From positions 161,665 through 225,664 of the forward strand of contig LODT01000034.1 of the NCBI GenBank assembly GCA_001606155.1: DNA of 64,000 bases. Direction: 5' to 3'. The notes below the pieces were generated by a model. The model was not told the DNA's origin. It saw only the letters and a list, made by a program, of their open reading frames with translations, and made no database searches. The translations under genes and the position numbers were made by a program. The stretch's first letter is position 1; each line of letters opens with the position of its first letter. Positions 1-10,364 of the stretch are shown here, piece after piece. Source of the DNA: Tieghemostelium lacteum. Its lineage: Eukaryota.

Positions 1-450
1 CTCGAAGATCTAGATAAAGCTCACAAAGAGTACTTATCATTCCTCAAAAAGGATCAACAAGAGAAACAACAAGGAAGCAAATACGATGATCCTGAAAAGG
101 GTGGATTCGATGATCTTACAAGTCACATTCGTTCTGGTAAATTCTTCCAAGAGAGAAGAAAATCCTCCAATTTAAATCACACACTTATACAACAAGTACA
201 ACAAGCTCAATTACAACACGCAGTTCAAGGTGGTAGTAGCAGTGGTAGTGGTAATAGTAGTGAAACTAGCCAACCTTCTTCTTCTCCAAATCCTCCAACT
301 GGTTTCAAATTAAAACCTGTAAATAAACAACCAGCTCAACCAAAACCAGAAACTCCAATTGTACCAGCCAGTCAATCACTTTTGAAACCTTCTGCACTAA
401 GAAACTCTGTAGCTCCTAAAAAAATAACAAACAGTAATATTAAACAATAA
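1..450 (+). CDS. 3' end of a gene entering from upstream (last 149 codons, TAA at 448-450). Q/S/P-rich low-complexity tail; the stretch DDLTSHIRSGKFFQERRK faintly resembles a formin DAD/basic tail
   Basis: Frame 1 is open from base 1 to TAA 448-450. Coding-like composition, followed by an AT-rich 3' flank. Confidence 0.45.
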   Translation, partial: LEDLDKAHKEYLSFLKKDQQEKQQGSKYDDPEKGGFDDLTSHIRSGKFFQERRKSSNLNHTLIQQVQQAQLQHAVQGGSSSGSGNSSETSQPSSSPNPPTGFKLKPVNKQPAQPKPETPIVPASQSLLKPSALRNSVAPKKITNSNIKQ

Positions 451-646
451 ATAATTGTATATTTTTAATTATATTTATAATAGTAGGATATCCAGATCAT
501 TATTATAAACTGCAAACAAATTTATTAAAATGTCTTCAAAACGAAGATATCCTTTCTTTTAAAGAAATTAAAGAAGAAAGCTGGAATATTTGTATTAATT
601 TATTTAAAAGTTGTTAATAAATACATTAATAATCTGACTATTTATT

Positions 647-2908
647 TTAAATTTCAGTGAAGATATGGTGGATAACATATTTGATTAATAGAATAATTGC
701 AATGGCAAATATTATTACACCTATAATCCATTCCCAATTTGGTTTTGGTCCCACATCTGATGAATCTGAAGCTGATGAACTAGCTGATGATTCAGAAGCT
801 GATGATTCTGATGCTGATGATTCTGATGCTGATGATTCTGATGCTGATGATTCTGATGCTGATGATTCTGATGCTGATGATTCTGATGCTGATGACTCAG
901 AAGCTGATGACTCAGAGGCTGATGATTCTGATGCTGATGACTCAGAAGCTGATGATTCCGATGCTGATGACTCAGAAGCTGACGACTCAGAAGCCGATGA
1001 TTCAGAAGCTGATGATTCAGAAGCTGATGATTCTGATGCTGATGACTCAGAAGCTGATGACTCAGAAGCTGACGACTCAGAAGCCGATGATTCTGAAGCT
1101 GACGACTCAGAAGCTGATGACTCTGAAGCAGATGACTCAGAAGCTGATGACTCAGAAGCTGATGACTCTGATGCTGATGACTCTGAAGCTGATGACTCAG
1201 AAGCTGATGATTCTGAAGCTGATGACTCTGATGCTGATGACTCAGAAGCTGATGACTCTGATGCTGATGAATCTGATGCTGATGACTCAGAAGCTGAAGA
1301 TTCAGAAGCTGACGACTCAGAAGCTGACGACTCAGAAGCTGACGACTCAGAAGCTGATGACTCTGAGGCCGATGATTCTGAGGCTGATGATTCTGAAGCC
1401 GATGATTCAGAAGCTGAACTGGAGCCTGCAGAAGATTGCTCTGAAGATGATTGCTCTGAAGATGAGCCTACAGATGATGATTGGTCTGATGATGATTGGT
1501 CTGATGATGAACCTGCAGATGAAGATTGGTCTGATGAGGAACCTGTAGAAGAAGAATCAGAAGAACTACCAACTGGTAATTCACAAGTTGGACCACTCCA
1601 TCCAGATATACAATTACATTGTTGTACATTACCATTTGAATTTACAACTGCATAACCATTTACACAAGTACCATTAACATTTAAACAAGTACCAGTTATA
1701 TAATTTGGAGCATTTCCAATGAAGGCTCTTGACAAACAATCAGTTAGAGATGCAACTTGTACATTTGGGACACCATTAATATAACTCAATGGGAAATCAC
1801 CTGGTGATTCTGAACTTGGGTTATTTATAAATACACCACCTATAAATAGTGTACTTGTAAGATAGATGAATACACCACCACCAACTTCAGATGCAACGTT
1901 ATTGTTGAATTTAGATCCACTTAATGTTGCAAAATATGGGTTCTGATCAAAGTTTAGTGCTGCACCATTGATTGCTGAACCACCTTGGAAATTTGAGTTT
2001 AAGATATAAATGTTCTCTTGAGAGTCAATGTTAACTTGACCACCTAATGATGCAGAATTTTGATTGAAATTACAAGCGGTGGCATTTAAAGAACCAGTAG
2101 TTGCAATAGCACCTCCACGTCCAACAGCAGTATTCTGATTGAATATACTGTTACTTACCACTACGCTTGAAGAATAGATTGCACCACCTTCATTAGCTGA
2201 GTTTTGAGTGAATAGGGATTGAATGGCAATAACTTGAGTTCCACCAACAGCACCACCACCAACAGCAGTGTTATTTGTGAATACCGATCCGAAAATAAAA
2301 AGTTTAGCATTGTCAACATAGACAGCACCTCCGAGGTAATCTGCATAGTTAAATTGAAAATTTGAATTTCTAACAGATACATCTACATTACTAGTATAGA
2401 TAGCACCTCCAAATCCATCTACAACTTTACAATTTGAAAACACTCCACCATATATTGAAATCTCAGCATCCAAATGCATGTTTGGGTTCAAATATTGAAT
2501 ACAACTAAGTTTACCTTGAATTGAATTTACAATTTTCACACTAGATATATTCAATGAAACTGCAAAACTCTCTTGATCAATTGTTATAAAATTACCATCT
2601 TGAGATGAACAGTCAAAGTTCACATTAGACCCTGACTCATAGGGTTGAATATTCAGTAGTGTAGACTGTGAGAATGACAATGTACCTGGACAACTACTGT
2701 AGTTTCCATCGTAAATATATATATTTAAAGTTGACAATGACTGTTGTTGTAAAAGTTGAATACAACCTGTTATAGTTGGACATGTGTTCTCTTGACATGC
2801 ACTAAACTCTTGATTTACATAACATGCTGTATAGTTGTCTCTAGATTTCCCACATTCAACATTAAAAATAAATAAATAAATTATTAAAATCGAAATTATT
2901 GATTTCAT
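647..2908 (-). CDS. Cell-surface protein of 753 aa. It has a signal peptide (MKSIISILIIYLFIFNVECG), Pmp-type GGA[IV]/FxxN parallel beta-helix repeats, an EGF-like Cys module (CNCISGWSGPTCE), a long (SASESS)n tract and a C-terminal TM helix
   Basis: Single long ORF with ATG at 2908-2906. Repeated GGAIY/GGAVYV/GGAIAT plus FxxN motifs are typical of polymorphic-membrane-protein beta-helix repeats. Hydrophobic C-terminus IIGVIIFAIAIILLI. Confidence 0.8.
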   Translation of the reverse strand: MKSIISILIIYLFIFNVECGKSRDNYTACYVNQEFSACQENTCPTITGCIQLLQQQSLSTLNIYIYDGNYSSCPGTLSFSQSTLLNIQPYESGSNVNFDCSSQDGNFITIDQESFAVSLNISSVKIVNSIQGKLSCIQYLNPNMHLDAEISIYGGVFSNCKVVDGFGGAIYTSNVDVSVRNSNFQFNYADYLGGAVYVDNAKLFIFGSVFTNNTAVGGGAVGGTQVIAIQSLFTQNSANEGGAIYSSSVVVSNSIFNQNTAVGRGGAIATTGSLNATACNFNQNSASLGGQVNIDSQENIYILNSNFQGGSAINGAALNFDQNPYFATLSGSKFNNNVASEVGGGVFIYLTSTLFIGGVFINNPSSESPGDFPLSYINGVPNVQVASLTDCLSRAFIGNAPNYITGTCLNVNGTCVNGYAVVNSNGNVQQCNCISGWSGPTCELPVGSSSDSSSTGSSSDQSSSAGSSSDQSSSDQSSSVGSSSEQSSSEQSSAGSSSASESSASESSASESSASESSASESSASESSASESSASESSASESSASDSSASESSASESSASESSASESSASESSASESSASESSASESSASESSASESSASESSASESSASESSASESSASESSASESSASESSASESSASESSASESSASESSASESSASESSASESSASESSASESSASESSASESSASESSASESSASESSASESSASSSASDSSDVGPKPNWEWIIGVIIFAIAIILLIKYVIHHIFTEI
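763..1414. repeat. Coding minisatellite of about 36 tandem 18-bp units GATGAYTCWGAWGCTGAT (9-bp sub-period). On the minus strand it encodes (SASESS)n within the 647..2908 gene
   Basis: Direct visual periodicity. It also generates two long artefactual plus-strand ORFs (657..1655 and 787..1548). Confidence 0.9.
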
Positions 2909-3034
2909 CTTTGATCAACTAAACTCTTTTTTAAAACTTTAAAATCATTTATAAAAAAAAAGGTAACATTTTTTGATTGTGTTGGATATTTTCAGATCTT
3001 TTATTAAAAATTTCTAAAGAATTTTTCGAACTAC

Positions 3035-3448
3035 TTAATCCCTATTCCGAACCCACAAACACAAATACTTTATTACCACAAATAAAATTTTACTATTTAT
3101 ATGAATCCCCAATTGATAATTATATCTTTTTTCTTTATTTAAATAATGTAAAGAGAGATACGAGGCAGAAAGCAGTCCAAGCAACAATAATAAAAATCTT
3201 GTGCCTCTTGTCCAGTCATCAATACCAAAGTTTTTTAAAAGATTGTTACCATTTGGATATTGACAAGGAATAATAGATTCTTTCGGACAAATGAGTATTC
3301 TGTATTCAAATTCATTAATCATTCTAGAAGTGAAATCATAAAAGAGTGGATTAATATAATGTAACCAACGAAATGCCTTTGGTAATTGGTCGACAGTCAC
3401 AAAGAAACCAGCAAATAATTGAAATATTTGTAATAAATTCAATATCAA
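3035..3448 (-). pseudogene. Orphan C-terminal fragment (about 85 aa of homology) of an ABCG/White-type ABC transporter: the last TM helices plus an ABCG2-like extracellular Cys loop
   Basis: AFRWLHYINPLFYDFTSRMINEFEY...C...CQYPNGNNLLKNFGIDDWTRG..FLLLLLGLLSASYLSLHYLNKEKR matches the ABCG2 C-terminus pattern NEF..C..C.G..YL...GID...WG...LKK. No NBD or upstream TMD anywhere in the flanking 3 kb. The ORF reads through the expected stop. Confidence 0.55.
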
Positions 3449-3682
3449 ATAAAATCTTTACCAAATCTCAAAATAATATTTGTATTAAATTTAATACAAA
3501 CCAAATCTCTAAATAATATTTATATAAATTTTTTTTTTACCCGTACTTCAAAATACTATATATTTTAATTCCAAAGTCTATTCTTTAACTTTTGAATTTC
3601 ACTTTTTGTAAATATACTCACTAGTACTTATATTTTATTAATAATATTTTTTTAATTTTTTTTTTAAAACTGACGAATCAGA

Positions 3683-4321
3683 ATGTTTGACTCTTCACTA
3701 ATATACGCTTTGGTAGCAATAGTATTACATGTTGCAAACTATAATGCAACTGCACAATTCGAATATAAAACTAGAACTTTTACAAAAGTAAGAACAATAA
3801 AGTTATAGATTTATAGATGTATAGATATTAATATGATGAAATCAAAATAGTTATTGGGAAAACATACTATTTATTATAATGTAGTATATTTAATTTCTTC
3901 AGCACTTGTTAGAGATCATTTTGTAAATGAAGCTATGCAAAGTGATGTTGATAGTTTGATATTATTCCCACAAGAGTTTGCAGAGATGATTGGAAATGCT
4001 TTGTTTGTATTTGGTATACTATTGAATTTGTGGACATTGCATGCATTGGGTCTCAAAGGGATGTACAATGGTGATAGTTTTGGATGGATTATGGATGCAC
4101 CAGTAACTGGTGGTCCATACCAATTCTTTAATGACCCACAATATGTAGGTACAATTTTTGTATGTCTAGGTCCTGCAATCATTTATCAGACACTTTCAGG
4201 TTACATTTGTACTTTAGCTATTGGAATTACATTTTATATCTCTGTTAAATATGTAGAAGGCCCACATCTCACTAGAATCTATTCCAACAAAGCCTATTCA
4301 AAAATAAACTTTAAGAAATAA
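3683..4321 (+). CDS. Phosphatidylethanolamine N-methyltransferase (PEMT/PLMT family). Exons 3683..3787 and 3851..4321 with a 63-nt intron (GTAAGA...TAG), about 191 aa
   Basis: C-terminal motifs GDSFGW..VTGGPYQFFNDPQYVG..YISVKYVEGPHLTRIY match the PEMT signature (GDYFG..NPMY.G..EEPF). The N-terminal exon MFDSSLIYALVAIV..EYKTRTFTK aligns to the human PEMT N-terminus. An in-frame TAG lies inside the intron. Confidence 0.75.
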
Positions 4322-4464
4322 AATCAATAATAACAACAAGATATCTAAACTTCAGTAATCTAGATCTTATATTTTATTATCTTGAATTTTGGATTTACAC
4401 ACTAACTTATACTATACCACACCAAACCCCATTATATTTTTTGTGTTTTTTTATGTTTGAATTT

Positions 4465-5124
4465 TTAATTTAAAAATTTAGATTCATCAGTATCTATATT
4501 CCATTCTAAAACTTGACAATTTGCAAATACTGGTAATTTCTCTTTAAATAAGTGATAAAAGAAATCAGAATGACCAACTACAGCAATTTTAGATTCCTTT
4601 TGTGACAATAACCATTCTTTGAAATCAATGAACCTTTGTTTTAGATCTTCATAGGGTTCTCTATAACCCTTAGTCTTAAAATACTCTTGATAGTCTATAG
4701 AAAGATCCTTTTTCAGTTGGTCAGGTACATACCACCACCGTTCTTCAGTAACCTCTGTAAAATCAAAATGAGGAAACTCTTTAGACACCTCAGATAAATG
4801 TCTACCATTATCATCGGAGGTACAAACATACTCTGAGTGGTGTTTGATGACTCTGACTTTAAGCTCTTTTCTCTTTAATAGAACCTCTCTAAATGCTCTA
4901 TTGGTAGTATCCATAGCTCTAGTTAAAGGTGACGACACAATCAATTCAATATCATGTAGTTTCTCAGCCACTAGATTTCTAAGACCATCTGCTTGTGTCT
5001 CTCCCAAACTCGTTAGTCTGGCATCAAACAACCATGGATCTTTATTCTCTACCTTATATGCTAGATTAAATGTTGATTGACCATGTCTTATTAAATATAC
5101 AGTTTTTTGAGTAGCTCCATCCAT
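4465..5124 (-). CDS. Histidine-phosphatase superfamily protein (phosphoglycerate-mutase-like branch), 219 aa
   Basis: RHGQSTFN catalytic motif near the N-terminus. The true ATG is at 5124, and the track's 5157 start is a TTG. There is a conserved His near the C-terminus (VVGHSDFF). Confidence 0.8.
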   Translation of the reverse strand: MDGATQKTVYLIRHGQSTFNLAYKVENKDPWLFDARLTSLGETQADGLRNLVAEKLHDIELIVSSPLTRAMDTTNRAFREVLLKRKELKVRVIKHHSEYVCTSDDNGRHLSEVSKEFPHFDFTEVTEERWWYVPDQLKKDLSIDYQEYFKTKGYREPYEDLKQRFIDFKEWLLSQKESKIAVVGHSDFFYHLFKEKLPVFANCQVLEWNIDTDESKFLN

Positions 5125-5716
5125 TCTTCTAACAATATAAATATAAATTATGTACAAATAATAATAGTTCTAAATTATGATAATAATACACTTAATTGAG
5201 TGTGGTAAAATATGAGAAAAAAAACCTACATTAAACATTTTTTAAAAAAAAGTGATCGGAGTTGGGTGTTGTCACCATCTTTCACCATATTTTAAAATAA
5301 TTTTTTAAATATTGTAAAATTAGAGAATGCAAATCTTAAGAATTATTAATGGTTATAAATTTATATTGTTTGTTGATGAAGAAGATATATTTCTCACCTT
5401 AGATTTCTAGATGTATTTTAAAAATTCTATTTATATATTGTTTTCATATTTTGAAATGGAATTTATAAATTGTTTAGTCCAGAATCTGGGGGTAGTCTGA
5501 ATTCTGTTGTTCCATAAATAAAAAAAAATTCGAATTTACTCCGGAATGCAGTAACAGATTTTTAAAAAGGAATAAATATCTTGCACTACAATTTTGATGG
5601 ATATAAAAAATCAAAAAAAATATTTTGAAAATCAATTTACAAATTCACCTAACCAATAACACATCACAGTAATTTCTAATCTTTTATTATAAAAAAAATT
5701 TATAATACATATAAAC
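5125..5716. promoter_or_regulatory. Divergent AT-rich intergenic/promoter region shared by the 4465..5124(-) and 5717..6382(+) genes
   Basis: Head-to-head gene starts. A/T homopolymer runs. Confidence 0.4.
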
Positions 5717-6382
5717 ATGTCATACACTTTTGAACAATTATCAGAACTTGAATCAGACTTTTTAAGCAAAGTTGATGTTAAAAAATTCAGAAGCACTCCA
5801 AGTGAACAATTGATAAAAGATTGTATTGCTGCATTGGAAGCCAAGAAACATAAAGTCACCGTTGTAGATGATGAAGCTGCTGCTTTAGAGGCTGTTAAAA
5901 AACTCATCCCAGATGGTGCCTCAGTTATGCAAGCTTCTTCTATGACCTTTGATGAAATTGGGTTCAAGAAAGTCTACCAATCCGAAGACAGCAAATGGAT
6001 TAGTTTCCACAAGAAAATCTTTGCTGAAAAGGATCCATCCAAACAAGGTGATATCAGACGTGAAGCTTTAACAGCTGACTATTTCCTCTCCTCTGTCACT
6101 GCAATCTCCAAGAGTGGTAATTTCTTTGTTGCTGATGCTTCAGGTACTCGTGTTGGTGGATTCACTGCTGGTAAGAATGTAGTTTTGGTTGCTGGTATCA
6201 ATAAATTAACTGAATCTGATGAAGATGCCATCAAGAGAACCAATGACTTCTGTCTCCCATCTGAATCTGTTAGAGCTAGAAAAGCTTATGGTGTTCCAGG
6301 CTCTCAAATCCAAAATCTCTTAAAAGTTGCTGCTGAACGTTCTTTCCACATTATCCTTGTTAGAAAATTATTAGGTTATTAA
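5717..6382 (+). CDS. LUD-domain protein (LutC/YkgG-like, DUF162), 221 aa, single exon
   Basis: Length and motif spacing resemble bacterial LutC: a G-rich core (SKSGNFFVADASGTRVGG), YGVPG, and a ...FHIILV C-terminus. Confidence 0.6.
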   Translation: MSYTFEQLSELESDFLSKVDVKKFRSTPSEQLIKDCIAALEAKKHKVTVVDDEAAALEAVKKLIPDGASVMQASSMTFDEIGFKKVYQSEDSKWISFHKKIFAEKDPSKQGDIRREALTADYFLSSVTAISKSGNFFVADASGTRVGGFTAGKNVVLVAGINKLTESDEDAIKRTNDFCLPSESVRARKAYGVPGSQIQNLLKVAAERSFHIILVRKLLGY

Positions 6383-6630
6383 ACATTATCTAATTTTGGA
6401 AAATCCCAATACTTGATATAGAAACTATGAAATATTTCGTCAATAAAATCCCATAGGAAATAATTTGTAAAATGTATATACTTTGAGTCTTCTTTCTATT
6501 TACATGAATTCAATAATCTTTCTTTTAAATTGAATTCAAAAATTATAATAAATTCCAGAATGCAAATGAATGTTGTAAAGTTTAAAAAATTTTTTTTTTG
6601 TGAACACATCATTTTTACAAATAATTCAAA

Positions 6631-8292
6631 ATGTTGAAGACCTTAATTAAAAGAAGTAGCTCAGTACTACTAAATAACAGTAAATCTTTGAATAACCTTA
6701 ATAAATATAATATATATAATCAAAAACTATTTTATTCAACTAGTAATAGTAACAATTATAAAAACTATCAACAAAATGAAAATAAGGAATCAGAGAGTAT
6801 ATTTAAAAGAAATAAATTTAATTTAATTGGTAGTGGTATTGCAGTTTCTTTATTGACAGCTGTAACTACAAAGATTCTATTAGAAGATGATAATAGTAAA
6901 AAAGTAGATACACAACAACAACAACCAAAGTCATTAGAGGAATCAAAGAGAGAATATAATATTGAAAAGTTTAAATATGTTATAGTAGGTGGTGGTACAG
7001 CTGCATACCATGCTGTAGATAAGATTCTAGAGAATGACAAGACTGCTGAGGTTTTGATCATTTCTCAGGAATATTCAGTACCTTATCAGAGACCACCTCT
7101 CTCAAAGAATTTGTGGGCTAGTGAAGATCCAGATGTTACCAAAAATCTACAATATACAGATTGGTCAGGTAAAAAGATGGATTTACTTTATGAACCAGAA
7201 TCTGTTTATGGTACTGATGCACTTCAATTTATTCGTACCAAAAAAGTTATTGACATTCATCTCGATCAAAAGATTATTCTGTTGAATGACGGAACTCTAA
7301 TTGAATATGAGAAATGTTTGATTGCAACTGGAGGTGAGCCAAGAAAACTTAATTTCACCTCTAAAGACCAAGAAAAGATCACAACCTACAGAACAGTTGA
7401 CGATTTCATTAAACTACACAACTTTGTACAGGAGGGCGATAAACACATTACTATTCTCGGTGGTGGATTCTTAGGTAGCGAGTTGACATGCGGTATCAAC
7501 CAAAACTTTGGAAAGAAGAAGAATATTAAAGTCACTCAGGTTTTCCCTGAAAATGGTGTATTACCACTAGTTTTCCCAGACTACCTTTCCGAATATGCAA
7601 CTGAACAAATCAAGAAATCCGGTGTAGAAGTACTCAATAAGAAACTGGTAAAAGATGTAGTAGAATCTGAAACCAACAATGGTAAATTAGTTGTTAAATT
7701 AAATGACGATAGTCACTTTGAAACTGACCATGTTGTAGTTGCAGTTGGTATCATTCCAAACAGTAACGTTGCAAAATCTACCAAATTGGAAATTGATCCT
7801 CTCAATGGTGGTATTATGGTAAATGCCGAATTACAAGCACGTTCTGATGTATACGTTGCTGGTGATGTTGCATCTTTCTATGACCATTCTATCGGTCAGA
7901 GAAGACGTATGGAACATCATGATCATGCTAAAGTCTCTGGTGAATTAGCAGGCATCAATATGAGCACAGACCAAAAAATTCCATACACATACCAACCATT
8001 CTACTGGAGTGATTTAACACCAAATATAGGTTTCGAAGCAGTTGGTAATACTGACTCTAAATTAAAAACCTTTTCAGTTTGGGAGAAATCCAATGACGAA
8101 AAAGAAACTTCAAATCAATTTACAAAAGGTAACATCTACTACCTCAATGACAAAAACGTTGTTGTAGGTGTACTATGTTTTGGAAACTATGGTAAAATGG
8201 AAACTGCCAGAAATCTAATTCAAAAGGGTAAAGCTGTATCTGATCTCAACCAACTGCAACACGCAATCTCTCTGGAAGAAGAACATCATTAA
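6631..8292 (+). CDS. aif: Apoptosis-inducing factor (AIF) homolog. Mitochondrial FAD/NAD(P)H pyridine-nucleotide-disulfide oxidoreductase with an AIF-type C-terminal domain, 553 aa
   Basis: FAD-binding GxGxxG (VIVGGGTAAYHAV) and an NADH-binding second Rossmann motif (ILGGGFLGSELTCG). The AIF-specific C-terminal segment (VVGVLCFGNYGKMETARNLIQKGKAV) is present. Basic N/S/K-rich N-terminal presequence. Confidence 0.8.
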   Translation: MLKTLIKRSSSVLLNNSKSLNNLNKYNIYNQKLFYSTSNSNNYKNYQQNENKESESIFKRNKFNLIGSGIAVSLLTAVTTKILLEDDNSKKVDTQQQQPKSLEESKREYNIEKFKYVIVGGGTAAYHAVDKILENDKTAEVLIISQEYSVPYQRPPLSKNLWASEDPDVTKNLQYTDWSGKKMDLLYEPESVYGTDALQFIRTKKVIDIHLDQKIILLNDGTLIEYEKCLIATGGEPRKLNFTSKDQEKITTYRTVDDFIKLHNFVQEGDKHITILGGGFLGSELTCGINQNFGKKKNIKVTQVFPENGVLPLVFPDYLSEYATEQIKKSGVEVLNKKLVKDVVESETNNGKLVVKLNDDSHFETDHVVVAVGIIPNSNVAKSTKLEIDPLNGGIMVNAELQARSDVYVAGDVASFYDHSIGQRRRMEHHDHAKVSGELAGINMSTDQKIPYTYQPFYWSDLTPNIGFEAVGNTDSKLKTFSVWEKSNDEKETSNQFTKGNIYYLNDKNVVVGVLCFGNYGKMETARNLIQKGKAVSDLNQLQHAISLEEEHH

Positions 8293-8536
8293 TCCATTGA
8301 GTCATCAGATATTTTTAAAAACACCAAAAAAAAAATCAATATTAAAAATAATATAATAGGATATATGACTCACAATTATACCAATTTTTTTTGAATCATG
8401 AATACACACCTCTAATTATTTTATTTTTTTTTTTTTTTTAATTTATTTTTTTTGATTTTTTGTAGATTTTATATTACTTCTCGCATAAACTGGAAGAAAT
8501 AATTGAAATTATTTTATATTTTTTTTTGAATGATAA

Positions 8537-10303
8537 ATGGAGTCAATAATCAGTAGATCAATTAAAACCTGCTTAGAATTTGGCTTTAAAATTGTATTTA
8601 TCATTAGAATTTAACTACACACAATTTAGTATATTAATTTCATACTGGAATTCCTAAACATAGGTTTCATTTTGGGTTAGATTATGGCTAATTCCATTGA
8701 ACTCGGTTTTAGACTGGTTTTATGAACGAGTCTATCCGGTATTCTCACCAATTCTACACTATCTCTTTGATAATAGATCAAAAATCTTGAAAATATCATT
8801 ATATAGTATCTTATTAGTGGCTTTTGCTTTTGTATTAAGTTTATTCTCCTTCTATTTGGTTTATTCTTGTAAAGTCCCAAAAGTTACAACAGAATCTGCT
8901 CTCTATTTTGATTATTCGTATGTCTTTCATCTTCACTAAAAAAAATATCAAAATTAATATCTTGAATATTAATTACTAACACCCACTCATTTTTAAAGAA
9001 ATACTAAAAAACACCAAGTTTCAGCATCTGCTGATTTAAATGCAGAGTTACAAAAGAATAAACTTTATAACATCTATTTAGAATTAGAGTTACCAGAGTC
9101 ACCTAAAAATATTGATATGGGTATGTTCATGGTTTGTATGGTAATTAATAACAATGATAAATGGTCTCCAAATAGAATTCATAGCAATTGTAAACCTGTA
9201 TGTATTTATATTTTTATGATTTATAATATATATTTATTCTAATTAATTCATCATTTATTATAGGCAATGTTAAAATACACTTCTCCACAATTAAAGAATG
9301 TTAAAAATTTTGTAAATATGGTACCTTTTATTTTTGGATTTTATGAAGAGAAACAGTATATTCATCTTCCTATGATTGAAAATCTTTTATCTACTAGAGT
9401 ATGTGTATTTATATCATCAATTATAACTATATTTTGTAATATTAATTTGATTTAATTTAGTATTATCACACAATTTCAATTGAAGTTACTATAATGAATT
9501 CAGATATACAAATTTACTCTTCTTCATTGAAGATTATGGCAAACTTGTCTGGTATTGAATATTATCTTTACTATTACCCATCTCTATCATTTATTATTGG
9601 TGTTGGGTGTTTGTTTATATTTTGGTTGACAACTATAGCCTTCACTTTTGTAGCTGTTTACTTGTATCGTTATTTCAAGACTCATGATATGGAGATTGTC
9701 TCTCAGGAGCATATTGAAGAGGATCATGAAGAACAAGAAGACATTCATCAAGAAGAGTTGCCTATTGGTGAAGAGGAACCATTACCATCTTCTAGTAAAA
9801 AATCATGGGATGTTGATAACAGTGAATTTCTAAAGAATAGATTTTCATCATTTGCACATGTAAATAATAACAATAATGTAAATAGTAACAATAACAATAA
9901 CAATACAAACGCAACTGAGAAGGATACTCTAACTGAGTTACTCAAACAGGAATTAAAAAAATATCAAACAGAACAAAAGAACCTTAAAATGGAAACCTCT
10001 TCATTGGCCAATGTAGATGATAACAGTTTTGAAAAAGATAAATTACAACAACAAACTACAACCATAACCAATAATACTAATAACAATAATTTGTCTAGTG
10101 AATCTGAAATTCTTGAGCCTCAACCCATTATGGATGATTTGTCATCTTCTACTTCTTCAACCATATCTAATTTCACTCCTATCAATACCACCTCTGATTC
10201 TGATTCAGATGACAACAATAACAATAACAATGACACTACAATGTCTCTTTCACAGCTTGACAATAATGACTCAATCAGCAATCTCATTAGAAAAAGAAAA
10301 TAG
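8537..10303 (+). CDS. Seipin (BSCL2/Fld1 family) ER membrane protein. Exons are 8664..8917 (frame open from acceptor 8663, no in-frame ATG), 8999..9197, 9264..9398 and 9461..10303. A candidate ATG micro-exon lies at 8537..8593
   Basis: Conserved seipin core: LELELPESPKNIDMGMFMV, AMLKYTSPQL..FIFGFYEEKQYIHLPMIENL, a second TM helix, and a long N/S/D-rich tail. Introns are 81, 66 and 62 nt with GTATGT donors at phases 2/0/0. The 5' end is uncertain because the 8697 start in the track is a TTG. Confidence 0.65.
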
Positions 10304-10364
10304 ACTCTCCCCCTAAATGTACATACCCCTTTTTTAAAATAAATTAATATAAATCATTTAATCT

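Noticed and set aside
657-1655. Long plus-strand ORFs (DADDSEADD.. 332 aa and MILMLMIL.. 253 aa)
   Set aside because: Antisense reading of the 18-bp Ser-rich minisatellite inside the minus-strand surface-protein gene. The repeat period keeps every frame open.
2977-3273. 98-aa plus-strand ORF
   Set aside because: Lies antisense to the ABCG-tail ORF, has no start context, and is AT-rich low-complexity translation.
5125-5157. N-terminal extension MYIIYIYIVRR of the phosphatase ORF
   Set aside because: The track start is a TTG. The first ATG is at 5124 (MDGATQKTVYLIRHGQS), giving the normal N-terminus for this family.
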